A DNA stretch of 64,000 nucleotides from Octopus sinensis (Eukaryota): positions 74,834,001 through 74,898,000 of the forward strand of contig NC_042997.1 of NCBI RefSeq assembly GCF_006345805.1, read 5' to 3'. Position numbers and translations under genes: made by a program. The notes below the pieces were generated by a model. That model had not been told where the DNA came from and made no database searches. It saw only the letters and a program-made list of their open reading frames with translations. This document shows, piece by piece, positions 1-13,477 of this stretch (position 1 is the first letter of the stretch; every line of letters begins with the position of its first letter).

Positions 1-54
1 ACATATATATATATACATATATATATATAAATATACATATATATATATATACAT

Positions 55-87
<33 letters not shown>

Positions 88-179
88 TACATATATATAT
101 ATATATATATATAATATACATATACATATATATATATACATATACATATATATATACATACATATACATATATATATAC

Positions 180-228
<49 letters not shown>

Positions 229-360
229 TATAATTATATTTATACTATATATATATACAATATATAAATATTTATATTATATAGTATATATATATACAAA
301 TATATAAATATTTATATTATATAGTATATATATACATATATATATTTGTACTATATATAT
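1..360. repeat. (TA)n/(TACA)n microsatellite
   Basis: Near-pure TA dinucleotide tract with CA interruptions. Confidence 0.95.
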
Positions 361-990
361 ACCAGGATTTCTGAGAATCTGCCCAGCGTATATTAACGGA
401 ATATTCTATTTTATAAAACTATTTTTTGGCTTAAATAACCGCCCACCTATATTAAGCACTCATGAGCGGTAATATGGAAGTAAAATATTTCACGTAGGAA
501 AAACAAAGATATTCTCAAAAATCATATTTATTTTATATAATTCCATTGAACTTGTATCGTTTCAGTAATCTGATATATTGCGATAAAGAAACTGAAACAG
601 CCTTAAAAGAAGTAACATTAAAAAATATTCTGGAGTTAACAATAGATCTATTACAAAATATTGAAAATTAAACTGTTGAAAACATGAATAGAAGCCTTGT
701 ATGAACATATGTCCTTGGGTATTTATGGTAGAATAATAACCAAACAGCTTCAAGTTAAATAACACGAATTTCCTCATTTGTTGCTTGGCCATAATTCACA
801 TCAGAGCTAATTTCACTTAATTGAATCTCATCTTCTTCAATTTTGTCATTGAATGGCTTGGCTTATTTGAATATTTTATTTAATTCACAAACCCTTCAAA
901 TTTTAATTTAGCTGCAATATTTAAAGCTTTTTCTTTTATGTTAGGCTTACTTCTAGTCCTGTATTTTACCAGGTTTATTAAATACCTAAG

Positions 991-3900
991 GTGAGTACAC
1001 AAGGAAGACCAAATAGAACTTGTGAAGGCAATGGCTCCGGTAAAAAGGAAGCCAAACCAGTCTGCAAGTTCTATGTAAAGGGTACCTGCTGGTATTGTGA
1101 CACTGGAACAGGCTACAGATTTACTCATCTCAAATTCCATGTGAGTGGTACTTGTTCCACTAACCTGAAGACCAGGAAGAACAGCCTCTAACAATACTGT
1201 GCCAAGTCACAGGATAAAATTTCACCACTGTGGAAATGTGTAGATGATTTACAGTTTCTAGGATGAAACAAACTGTGGATACAGTGTGGATAGCAACTAG
1301 TGAACAACAGGTTTTTTTGGAGGTTGCACAGAGGATTTTAAGGCAGCTGATCTGGCTTCGTCAGACATCCTGTGTAATGAACACATACCAGTATTTGCAA
1401 CCACATCAAACAAGAAGGATCCAGGGTGACTACCTCTAACATCTCTGCACATGTCAGACCAGTGGCTACTGCCACACCTTATATGTCACACCAATATTGT
1501 TGCTGAACATCAAGGGCCTTGTAACATCCTACTAATGCAAAACCTAGTACCTGAGAGACTTAATGACATGTAATCAAGCAATATGCATGCTACTAACAGA
1601 AACATATCTAAATGCAGACATATCAGATGCTGAAATACATATACCAAAGTATGTTCTGTTTTGAACTGACAGGAGAGAAAGGACTCATGGTGGAGTAATA
1701 ATGTACAACCAGGAAGATGTCTCACCTGTGGTCCTACTGACACACTTAAACTCAGTCTGTGACACTCTTGTGGTATGCATAAACAAATGAAAATAGTAAC
1801 ATGTACTACATATCGCCCATCAGATACTCCAAATCATGGGGATTCATTTGAAGAAAGCCTCCAAAAAAATGAAAGAAGTATTAACCAACCTGGATGACAG
1901 CCTACACATACTTCTACTTGAGGACTTCAACTTCCATAATGTTGAATGGCCTGAGGTCCGCCTTCTCTTAGACCTGAGGCATGCAGAAACTCTGCTTGAC
2001 TTCACAAACATGCTGTTTATGGACCTCTGCTTCAGAAACAGCATGGTACTCATCCATAATGTTAAGATGACACTGACGATTTTCTCAGACCATAACTTAA
2101 TAGAACTAACAATGTATAGTCAGCAGAAGACTACAGGCATGCAGGCTACTAGAAGCGCCCAACTCTTCTTCAGCCTGAACTTTCACAAAGCTTACTGGAA
2201 GGGTATTGACAAAGAGGTCATGGAACAAAACTGCTCTACCAGTCTCTCTACAGAAGATATTGACATAAAGCTACAGCACTTTATGATGATTATACATGAC
2301 ATATGCATTAAGTTTGCTCCAGAGAGAATGCCAAACCAACCCAGGGATAGAAAGATTCTAATGAGATGAGCAAAAATCTCAAACTGTCTGAATGGGCCAC
2401 TAAAGGATAGCAAACAATCCTATATCAAACAAATATTGCTTGAGATCAAAAATGAACTCAAACATCCCTATGAAAACAAGAGGGCAGAAAAAGAAGCCAG
2501 AGCTGTCAAAAATATTAAGACAAATCTTAAAGCCTTTTATAGATATGCAAAAGAGTCTGCTTCAGTACAGTACAAGATAGAGCCACTATCTTGTACCATA
2601 CTGAAATGACTTGCCAACTGCAGACCCCAAGAAGATCAGTGAAATACTCTACACAATGAAATCATCATCATCATCATTTAACATCCGTTGTCCATGCTGG
2701 CATGGGTTGGACAGTTTGACCAGGGATGGCAAACTGGGAGGCTGCATCAGACTCCAGTCTGTTTTGGCATGGTTTCTATGGCTGAATGCTCTCCCTAATG
2801 CCAACCAATCTGAGAGTGTAATGGGTGCCTTTACATTCCACCAGCATGGGTGCCACTTGCATGATACCAGTATCTGGCACAACTGCAGTTTTACTTGGTT
2901 TGATGGGTCTTCTTCTCAAGCATGGTATAATGCCAAATGGACTCAGTCTTTGTCACTGTACGACAATTATGAATAGCATCAAAATAGAGGAAACTGATGT
3001 GATATTGGCAATTGATGAAATGAGCTCACACTCACCCACAAGCCCTGATGGATTCCCAGCAATCCTCCTAAAAATATGCAAAGAGGCTCTAGCAAAACTG
3101 CTTCAGATTCTCTTCGGAGCTTCCTCACAACTGGAGGACTTCCCAAAAAGTTAAAGAAAGGCATATGTCCTATCCATAAGGGAGGTAACAGAGCAGATGC
3201 TAAAAATTATAGACCTGTCTCTCTAACCTCCCATATCAGCAAAGTCATGGAACGCATTGCAGGAAGAAACTAATTGCATTCCTGACACCCAGCATGGCTT
3301 CCACTCATGAAGTAGATGTCTTACACAGCTTTTGCAGTACTATGACTGGGTGTTGAGACAATTAATGAATCACTCAAACATGGATGTGATATATCTCAAC
3401 TTTGCAAAGAGGTCTTTGATAAGGTTGATCATAGGATGACATGTCACAAGCTATAGAGTCTCTGCATGACTGGGAAACTTGGAGAGTGGTTGCATGACTT
3501 CTTAAAAGACAGAAGCCAGGCTATGGCAGCCAATAGAGCCCTCTCCAAGGAGACAATAATAGAGAGTGGAGTACCTCAGGGAATTATGTTGGAGTCGTTG
3601 CTGTTAATATGGCTCTTTCAAACATGCCATCCATTACACAGACAGCCACACTTACTCGCTATGCCAACAACCCAATAGTAGTACAAGCACATGCCATATG
3701 TAAACAGGCTGAGGAAAACAACATTCAATTTAATGCAGGGAAATTTCAAGCCCTCCACTACCAGCTAATTAGTGTTCTGAAGTTGCAACAATAATACTTT
3801 GAACCAAGAGGAGTAGCAATCCCAGAATCACACATGGTGCATGATTTCAGGATTGATATGAGCAACAATGCCTCATTTCACATGCATGTCACCAGGATGG

Positions 3901-4500
3901 TGGCAGTGTGCAGATGAATGGCCAGATGGATTTTGAGAAACTTCAGAACAAGGGACTAGGAAACTATGCTGGTCCTATGGAGGACATTTGTCCTCAGCCA
4001 TCTGGACTACTGCTCTTAACTGTGATCACCCTACAATGTTGGATTAATAGCAGAACTTGAGGCAGTTCAATGACGGTATACAAGAAACATTGCATCAACG
4101 GAACAGCTGAGCTACTGGGAGAGACTGAAAATGCTATGACTCTACTCCCTGGAGTGAAGATGGGAGAGGTATGCTGATGTATATGTGGAAGATACTGGAG
4201 GAGCTAGCACCAAACTTTAGAATACCTCCAACTGGACGTCACTGCACTGTTCCAAATGTCCCAGCTGTCCCATCTAGAGCTCAGACCATGTACTGCAATA
4301 GCTTGGGATTCAAGGGTCCACAGCTATTTTAACACCTTGCCAAAACATCTGAGGGATCATCACAAAGTGGGAGTAGATGTTTTCAAGAAACAACTTGACC
4401 TCTTGCTGTCCAAGATCCCAGATGAACCAATATCAAGGCAGGAGACTCAAAAGAGGGCAGCAGTGTTGAACTCCCACCTTAACCAAAAGCCAATTACATA
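991..4500 (+). mobile_element. Degenerate CR1-clade LINE (CCCH-like ORF1 remnant, endonuclease, RT)
   Basis: Fragmented frames: VCKFYVKGTCWY (ORF1-like), LLEDFNFHNVEW (APE), SPDGFPAILLK, PIHKGGNRADAKNYRPVSLTSHISKVMER, SGVPQG (RT); many stops and frameshifts. Confidence 0.85.
2661..2950 (-). mobile_element. RTE 3'-tail fragment inserted in the CR1
   Basis: (ATC)n followed by the reverse complement of the RTE terminal motif (ccatgctggcatgggttggacag). Confidence 0.8.
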
Positions 4501-4599
4501 AGACTGGTCATTGAAGAGGTGATTACAATGATGGTGCCCCAACATGGCCACACCCTTATTACTGAAACATATAAAAGAATAAAAGCAAAGAATATGCAT

Positions 4600-4683
4600 G
4601 CATACATACAGAGGTCTTCTTTCAATTTCCATCTACAATTTCTACTCACAAGGCTTTGGTCAGCCCTATGATACAGTAGAAAA
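4600..4683 (-). mobile_element. 3' half of tRNA-derived SINE
   Basis: Reverse complement gaccaaagccttgtgagt...gaaattgaaagaag; shares ccaaagccttgtg with 6326-6447; family recognised from memory. Confidence 0.55.
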
Positions 4684-4819
<136 letters not shown>

Positions 4820-4820
<1 letters not shown>

Positions 4821-5695
4821 TCATCATCAGCGGCATTCCATGCTTGCATGGGTTGGAAGGTTTGAGTGGAAACTGGTATACCAGGTTCCAATCTGATTTG
4901 GCATGGTTTCTACAGCTGGATGCCCTTCCTAATGCCAACCAGTCCAAGAGTGTAATGGGTGCTTCTTACATGCCATCAGCACAAGTGCCACTGATATGAT
5001 ATCGGCATTGGCCATGACTATGATCTCATTTGGCTTGACAGGTCTTCACAAGCACAGTATATTGCCAAATGTCTTGATCACCTGTCACTGCCTCTGTGAA
5101 ACCCAATGCTCAAACAGTGCTTTATATGCACCACTGGCATGGATGCCAGTCAGACAGCACTGGCATTGGCCACAACTACGATTTGACTTGGCTTGCCAGG
5201 TCTTCTCAAGCACAGCATATGATCCGATGTTTGAAGGGTGCTTTTTACATGCCAGTTATGTTGACACTGGCATCAACCACAACTACGATCTTGCTTGGCT
5301 TCATGGGTCTTCTCAAGAACAATATATCAACAAATGTCTCAGTCACTTGTCATTGCTTCCTTGTTTCATGTCTTCCAGGGTCTACATCTGCCACAGCTTC
5401 CCTCCACCTAGAGTGCAGCACTTCTTCACACATCTGTCCACATCCATATACACCACATGACCGTATCAGCAGAGTCGTCTCTCTTGCACACCACATCTGA
5501 TGCCTCTTATGCCCAACTTTTCTCACAGGATGCTTACACTCTGCCATGCATGCACATTGACTTTACACATCCAGCAAAGTATACTAGTTCCATTTCTTAT
5601 GAGCCTATACATGTCTTTAGTAGTCACAGCCCATATTTCACTGCCATTTTTGCTATTCTTGTTTATGTCTCCTCACAGATGTGTATATTCTAACA
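4820..5695 (-). mobile_element. Old RTE 3' fragment (ORF C-terminus remnant, 3' UTR, tail)
   Basis: (ATC)n tail, ccatgcttgcatgggttgg motif, decayed homology to the end of the RTE ORF. Confidence 0.8.
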
Positions 5696-6325
5696 AGCCG
5701 CTTCTTAAATTTCACACCTCTCTTGTTCAATAAACACTGAGTTAAACATGCAAAGCTGTTTCTTTTCTCTTTTCAGTTTTTAATCTTTATTGTAGCAGGT
5801 TACCAAACTATCAGTGTTGAAATGAAACTAACTGTTTTTGTGTGATCTTGAATGGCTTATAAAAGTCTTCCTCACTGCAATTGTTTTTGCTTCAGCACAC
5901 AATCTCAGATCAAGTCACTTGCTATGTAAGTACATCTTCGTAATTTTTAAAAATCACTGTTGATAAATGCCAGCAATGATCTTCTCAGGCTCTCCAATAT
6001 TTTAATTTCTAAACAGAAATCAACTGAGGAGAGGGAGTGGCGTTGCAAAAATCCATAATTTCTGAAATTTTCTTTTTTATGGCATACTAGGAGTAATATC
6101 CATCGCTGATCTGGCAATTACTTTTACTCTTTCATGGGAGTGTTATGATGTATATAGATTTACTCCTCCTGTATGTGTGTATTTTATATGAAAAAACATG
6201 TAATAATTACAGTAGAAAAAAGATCAATTTCATACACAAACTTTTGTTTGTTTATTATATGATAATAATAAGTGAGTTATATGTGTTATTTTATATAACA
6301 ATACATTAATGGCAATAATATAATA

Positions 6326-6447
6326 CACAAGGCTTTGGTTGGCACGGAGCTGTAATGAAAGAGAATTGCCCAACATGCTGCACAGTGGGACTGAACCCTA
6401 GGTGACATGGTTGGAAAGCAAGATTCTCAACAACACAGCCATGCCTA
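6326..6447 (-). mobile_element. tRNA-derived SINE, 5' part
   Basis: Reverse complement has A-box-like tggctgtgttg and B-box-like ggttcagtccc, then gggcaa...ccaaagccttgtg. Confidence 0.6.
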
Positions 6448-6583
6448 TAAAGGAGAGATAAATTTTCGATAATATACTCCTGGATACAATATGCTTAAAA
6501 AAAAAGATGGGATGTTTATGGCGAGAAGACCTTTGATCTTAATAATTACAAAGCAATGCAACAACTAACAATGCTACACCATA

Positions 6584-7041
6584 CAGGGTGTTCCAGAATA
6601 AACTATCTCTTTCAATGAAATTGAGCAAATTTTTTAAAAAACTGACAGAATTTTATGTTTATTACCAAAACAAATAGATTTATAAATCTTATGTCAAACT
6701 TCCATTGAAAATTTTCGACATGTCTGTATCCCTGCATACTTTAAATCGCTCCTTTGAAGCATTTCAGGAGTTAGCTCCTGCACTGCTTACTGAATGTGTT
6801 CTTTCAGCTCAGCTAAATGATTGCTCCATCTTCGGGATGGAGGTAAAGAAAATGATTGCTGCCAAATTGAAAAAAGCTGTCATGGACAAATAAGAGGTGT
6901 CCAACAGGAATGAAAATAAAATTACAAACAAAATTTATACACTTTTAACACATATTAAACATGATAAGCATAAATAAAAGTGAGGTTTCAAAAAACTGCA
7001 TCCGATTTCACTCATATCATCATTGATCCTGGGATACCCTG
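6584..7041. mobile_element. Tc1/mariner-type MITE
   Basis: TIRs cagggtgttccag / ctgggataccctg (11 of 13 match), TA on both sides (6582-6583, 7042-7043), no ORF. Confidence 0.75.
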
Positions 7042-7444
7042 TATTTACTCGTCCGACTAAACAGTGGAAGGAACTTGGGAGGGTGGGGGACTAATTGCAG
7101 GTGGCAAGCATATCTTCCAGAAGTGGTCACACAATCAAACTCAAATGGTTGTGGGTCACAACAGCAGTATTTTTTTCATATGAACATTTTGCATTATATA
7201 GTTCAGACAAGGATGACGTATAAAGCAGACATGCTGCCAGACCAGGCTGTATTGTGCAGGATTGGAAATGTGAAACATCAACAGGACACTTATGGAAAAT
7301 GGATGAATGGGCTAGTTGTGCCTATACTCAGCCACATAGACACGCACATGGTCCAGTGGTGTGTGGGATGGTAACATGAAGCATCAACAAGGTGGCAACA
7401 AAACTTTTTATGCTTTTTCATTTCCTCTACTAAATTGGACAAAA

Positions 7445-7503
7445 AGGTTTTCATGAAATATTATATGCTACTATAAGTAGCATATAATATTTCATGAAAA
7501 CCT
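7445..7503. repeat. Perfect 28-bp inverted repeat with 3-nt loop
   Basis: aggttttcatgaaatattatatgctact-ata-agtagcatataatatttcatgaaaacct. Confidence 0.95.
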
Positions 7504-8767
7504 AAGTAGTGTATAAGTAGTGTCGATATTTTACTGTTGGAAGATGGCCTAAAACAAAGATAAAACCTAGTGCAGTATATTCAAACCTGATTAATCTGCA
7601 TTTTTGCACATTATCTACACCTGGGCCCGCATTAGGCAAGAAGTTGAAAAGTCTTTTTGACCCATGACACTCCATGGCCCCTGTGTAATGCATATGTAAA
7701 ATTTCATTAAAATCAGTTGGGTGATATACAGACAGATACACATCCTGTGCTTTATTTATACAGTGAGAAATGTATTTATGGGGAAAAAATATTGAAAAAC
7801 CGTCAATACATGCGAGAGTGATAAAGAAATGTGCTAGAAACAGCCAAATTGCCTTTAAATCACTTACTTTTCCCTCTGAAAATATTAACAATTTTTTTTT
7901 TTTTTACTGAAAATGCTCTTCCCATGATTTTGAAGTGCAAAAAAAATTGGCCAAAATAGGTCCAGATTGGGATTATGAGTGAGGAGGAGGTTGTAAAAAA
8001 AAGAGTTTTCTAAACTTTTTTGTACAAAGATGCCCCACCCCATCAATTCAAAGGCTGTGGTTTAAAAAAAAAATGGGGAAAATTCCCCAAAATATTTTCC
8101 CACAAACTTCTTTAAAATCGTAATCTATGCCATTTGAAAAGGATTTGTATAAATTTTTGTTAAAAGATACCCATTTTCCTCAAAGTTATGAGGGGAAAAA
8201 GTCAGATCGTGTGAATTTTCCAAAACTCCTCTCTCCACTCCCTTGGAAAAATTCTTTCCTATAAATCCTTATATATTCTGAAGCCACAACATGTAAGCAA
8301 GATTTGTAGAAAATTTTGTTAAAAAGTATCCAGTTTCCTGAATGCTATGAGGCAACAAATTTGGGGATGTATACATTTGTAGTAGTGCCCTTTTATTTAT
8401 ACAGTTGTTACATTTCAAGATTCTTTCATTCACTGTTTGCAATATTCTCTCTCCCTCCCTCTCTCTCTCACACACACACTGCAAAACTTACAAATGAGTT
8501 GCTTTATATTGCTTTGAGGGGAAGGTGAAGCTTGACAAATTGTTTCTCCCTCTGTTGTTGGACTACCGTGATGTTTATTTAAGAGATGATGACTGTCATA
8601 AAATAATGAAAGCAATATTTACTAAGCAAATGAGCACTATTATAGAAAGAAATAATTAGACATAAAATATAAAAATTATTAGAATTGGAAATCAAATGTG
8701 AAGATATTATAAAGGGGCTAGCAGAAAACTGCCTACAGGGCAGTCTTTCTGCTAGTGTATTTAATAT

Positions 8768-11289
8768 AGACAGGCTTGGAAGGACTGGAAGAACGGTTGT
8801 AGCAGGGAATTGTATCAGACAGCCAGAAGGGAAGCTAGGAGACAGGTTTATTTAGCCAGAGGGGAAGCGGATAAGAAAAAATTTGCCAATGTTCTGAGCC
8901 GTGAGGATGAAAGACTTGAGGTATTTCATGTTGCAAGACAGTGTGTGAGAGAGAATCGTGATGTGGTAGGAGAGAAGTGTGTTCACATGGATGATGGTTC
9001 ACTTGTGCTAAATGAGGATGCAAAGAAAGAGGTTTGGAGATGCCACTATGAAAGGTTGCTGAATAAAGAAAATGAATGGGATAAAGAGAGTCTGCCGAAT
9101 GTTGACCCAACAGAGGGACCAGCTATCCGAGTTGATAGTTCCGTGGTAGCTAAGGCAATTAGAAGCATGAAGACAGGGAAAGCCCCAGGCCCATCAGGAA
9201 TTACTGCAGAGATGCTCAAAATATCTGGCAGTGTCGGCTATAACCTAGTCACCCGTATAGTCAACCAGGTGATACACGAAGGAGTCATACCCAATGACTG
9301 GTGCAGCAGCATACTAGTCAACTGCTACAAAGGTAAAGGTGATGCCCTAGATACAAATAATTACAGAGGTATCAAGCTGTTGGATCAAGTAATGAAGGTT
9401 ACGGAGAGGGTCATAGCCCAACTAATTAGAGAGAGAGTTAGTTTAGATGAGATGCAGTTTGGGTTCGTGCCAGGGAAAAGTACCACTGATGCTATATTCC
9501 TGGTAAGGCAGCTGCAGGAGAAATACCTAGCCAAAGATAAGCCCCTATACCTGGCTTTTGTTGACATGGAGAAAGCTTTTGATAGCGTCCCCCGATCCCT
9601 TATCTGGTGGTCAATGAGGAAACTAGGGATAGATGAATGGCTGGTGAGGACTGTGCAAGCCATGTACAGAGATGCCATAAGTAAGGTTAGGGTTGGCAAC
9701 ATGTACACAGAAGAATTCAAAGTAGAGGTTGGGGTCCACCAGGGTTCAGTACTCAGCCCCCTCCTATTTATTATAGTCCTCCAGGCAATTACGGAGGAAT
9801 TCAAGACAAGTTGTCCCTGGGAGCTCCTCTACGCTGACGACCTTGCTCTTATTGCTGAGTCACTATCAGAGCTGGAGGAGAAGTTCCAGGTGTGGAAGGA
9901 GGGTTTAGAATCGAGGGGCCTTAGAGTCAACCTAGCTAAAACCAAAGTACTAATAAGTAGGAAGGTAGACAATCCACAAATGTCTTCAGGAAGATGGCCC
10001 TGCTCGATCTGTAGAAAAGGTGTAGGTAGAAACTATAAGATGTACCCAGTGTAAGCTATGGACAAATAAGAGGTGCAGCAATGTCAAAGGTAGGCTAACT
10101 GGGAAGATAGTTTTTGTATGTGGCAGATGCTCGGGAGCATTAACCTCCGAAAATCTGCAGAAAACAACTTCCGTCACTTTCCAGGGGGAAAAACTAGAAG
10201 TAGTTGATAGCTTCCGTTATCTAGGTGACCAAGTCAGTAGTGGGGGTGAGTGCGCTGAAAGTGTAACTGCTAGAATAAGAATAGCCTGGGCAAAGTTTAG
10301 GGAGCTCTTACCTCTGCTGGTGACTAAAGGCCTCTCGCTCAGAGTAAAAGGCAGACTGTATGATGCGTGTGTACGAACACCCATGCTACATGGCAGTGAA
10401 ACATGGGCCGTGACTGCTGAGGACATGCGTAAGCTCGTGAGGAATGAAGCCAGTATGCTCCGATGGATGTGTAATGTCAGTGTACATACTCGACAGAGCG
10501 TTAGCACCTTGAGAGAAATGTTGTACCTAAGAAGCATCAGTTGTGGTGTGCAAGAGAGACGATTGCGCCGGTATGGTCATGTGGCGAGAATGGATGAAGA
10601 TAGGTGTGTGAGAAAGTGCCAATCCCTAGCAGTTGAGGGAACCCGTGGAAGAGGTAGACCCAGGAAAACCTGGGACGAGGTGGTGAAGCACGACCTTCGA
10701 ACTTTAGGCCTCACTGAGGAAATGACCAGCGACCGAGATCTTTGGAAATATTCTGTACGTGAGAAGACCAGGCAGGACAAGTGAGCCCAGCCCACTTATG
10801 AATGCCTTTCCTCCCTTGGACACAAAGACCTGTTGAGGCAAGCGAAGTCGATATAGAACCTCATCCAACGACAGGCATCCATGCCAACCCCCTTTGCTTG
10901 CGAAGACATGTTGGGGCAAGCGAAATCGAAATCAAAACCGTATTGAACCAGCCAGGATCCCTGGTCTGGTGGTACGTAAAAAGCACTATCCGACTCGTGG
11001 CCGATGCCAGCACTGCCTCGACTGGCTTCCGTGCCGGTGGCACATAAAATACACCAATCTGACCGTGGCCGTTGCCAGCCTCGCCTGGCACCTGTGCAGG
11101 TGGCACGTAAAAAGCACCCACTACACTCACGGAGTGGTTGGCGTTAGGAAGGGCATCCAGCTGTAGAAACATTGCCAGATAAGACTGGAGCCTGGTGCAG
11201 CCTTCTGGCTTCCCAGATCCCCGGTCGAACCGTCCAACCCATGCTAGCGTGGAGAACGGACGTTAAACGATGATGATGATGATGATGAT
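8768..11289 (+). mobile_element. RTE LINE copy A, 5'-truncated, frameshifted
   Basis: ORF 8810-10054 has KAPGPSG, NYRGIKLL, DMEKAFD, HQGSVLSP, LYADD; a 2-nt deletion near 10033 shifts the frame; C-terminus ends at 10784; 3' UTR and (GAT)n tail follow. Confidence 0.97.
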
Positions 11290-11524
11290 ATTATTCTAAT
11301 ATCTTATTGCATGTATGTATGTATGTATGGTGATTGCCTGTTCATTATGTGGAGTTTAACCACCTCCTGTACCTACATCTTAGAATCATCATGGCATCTG
11401 ATGTGGCTTTTTAAACCAGATGTGTTTTGAAAAGACACCTACATAGATTGCATATCCGATTTGGACCACCAAAGGCTTCATTTAAGTTCTGATCTATTAT
11501 CCAAACATGATCGATGCCGGAGCC

Positions 11525-11715
11525 CCCACTTGGTTCCTGTGACTGGCACATAAAAAGCACCCACTACACTCTCATGGTTGTCGTTAGGAAGAGCATCTAG
11601 CTCTCATTGTCAGATCAGATTGGAGCCTGGTGCAGCCACTGGCTTTCCAGACCTCAATCAAACCATCCAACCCATGTAAACAGACGTTAAACAATAATGA
11701 TGATGGTGATGATGA
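11525..11715 (+). mobile_element. RTE 3'-tail fragment
   Basis: cacataaaaagcacccactacactc...ttaggaag...ccaacccatg...gacgttaaac plus (GAT)-rich tail. Confidence 0.8.
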
Positions 11716-13477
11716 TATATATCATCATCATCATCGTTTAATGTCCGTTTTCCACTGGCATCGGATGATACTTTTTAAGTGCTACCGGCACAGGAGCCAG
11801 TTAGGGTGGGGTGGGGGCTGGCTTGACCACATTCTGATCATGATTTTTATGTGCTATCAGCATGGGGAGCCTGTCAGGTGGCACTGGCAACGACCCATGC
11901 ATGAATGGTACCAGCATGAGAGCCAGTCAGGCAGCACTGGCATCAGCCACAACTACAATTCCCATTTGATGGTGATTTGATTTTTGATTTTGATTTTACT
12001 TGACTCAATAAGTTTCTTCTAGCATGGCATGTCACTCAACGATTCAAAGGTACTTTTTAAATGGGCTGGTTATGTGAAACTGGCATAGGATATAGCTGTG
12101 ATCTCACTTTACTTGCTAGGTCATCTCAATCACAACATATCTCCGAGGCCCAATGTTCAAAGGTCATGCTTCACCACCTCATCCTATGTCTTTCTAGGTC
12201 TCCTTCTTCCACAGGTTCCTTCTATATTTAGGGAGTGACACTTCTTCACACAGCTCTCCTCATCCATATGCAGCACATGACCATACCAGCGCAGCCATTT
12301 CTCTTGCACACCATATCTGATGCTTCTTATGTCCAACATTTCTCTCAGAGCACTTACACTGTCATGTGCACACACTGATATTACACATCCAGCAGATCAT
12401 CCTAGCTTCATTTCTTTCAAGCTTACACACATCTTCAGCAATCACTGCTATGCAGCATGGCAGATCACACACATGCATCATACAATCTACCTTTCGCTCT
12501 GAGCAACAGGCCCTTTGTCACCAGTAGTGGTAGGAGATTTCTGAACTTTGCCCAAGCTAGGTTACTCTAGTAGCAATGCTCTCCAAGCATCCAACCTACT
12601 ACAGACTTGGTCACCTAGGTAGCGGAAGCTATCAACTACTTCTAGTTTCTCCATCTGGCATGAGATGTAATCTGTTTTCTGAGCATCTGTAGTGTTTATT
12701 GTCCCTGTGCATCTGCTGCACACAAAAGCTATCATCTCGGTTAACCTTCCTTTGATGTTGCTACTCCTCTTATGCATCCATAGTTTACACTGGGTACATC
12801 TTATGGAGTTTCTACCTACACCTTTTCTACAGATTGAACAGGGCCATCTACCTGAAGCAGTTTGTGATGTGTTCGCCTTCCTACTTACTAGGACTTTGGG
12901 TTTTGCAACACTGATTCTAAGGCCCTTCGATTCTAAACCTTGCTTCTACACCTGAAATTTCTTCTCTAGTTTTGATAGTGATTCCGCTATGAGAGCAAGG
13001 TCATCAGCATAGAGGAGCTTCTAGGGGCAACCTGTCTTGAATTCCTCTGTTATTGCCTGGAGGACTATAATGAATAAGAGGGAGCTGAAGGCTGATCCTT
13101 GGTGAACCCCTACTTCTACCCGGAATTCTTCACTATACTAATTGCTAACCCTTACCTTACTAACAGCATTGCTGTACAGGTCCTGTACAGCTCTTATTAA
13201 CCACTTACCAATTCCCAGTTTTCACATCACCCATCAGATAAGGGATTGGGGTACCCTGTCAAAGACTTTCTCCAAGTCAACAAAAGCCAAGTATAGGGGT
13301 ATTTCTAGGTATTTCTCCTGCAGTTGCCTTACCAGGAATATGGCACCAGTGGTGCTTCTACCTGGCACAAAACCAAACTGTATCTCATCTCAGCAGGCTC
13401 TCTCCCTAATTAGTTGGGCTATGACCCTCTCTGTAACCTTCATCACCTTATCCAGCAGTTTCATACCTCTGTAATTA

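Noticed and set aside
780-990. Minus-strand PNIKEKALNIAAKLKFEGF resembling a pogo/Tigger HTH
   Set aside because: Only ~20 residues of resemblance, no TIR or DDE domain seen.
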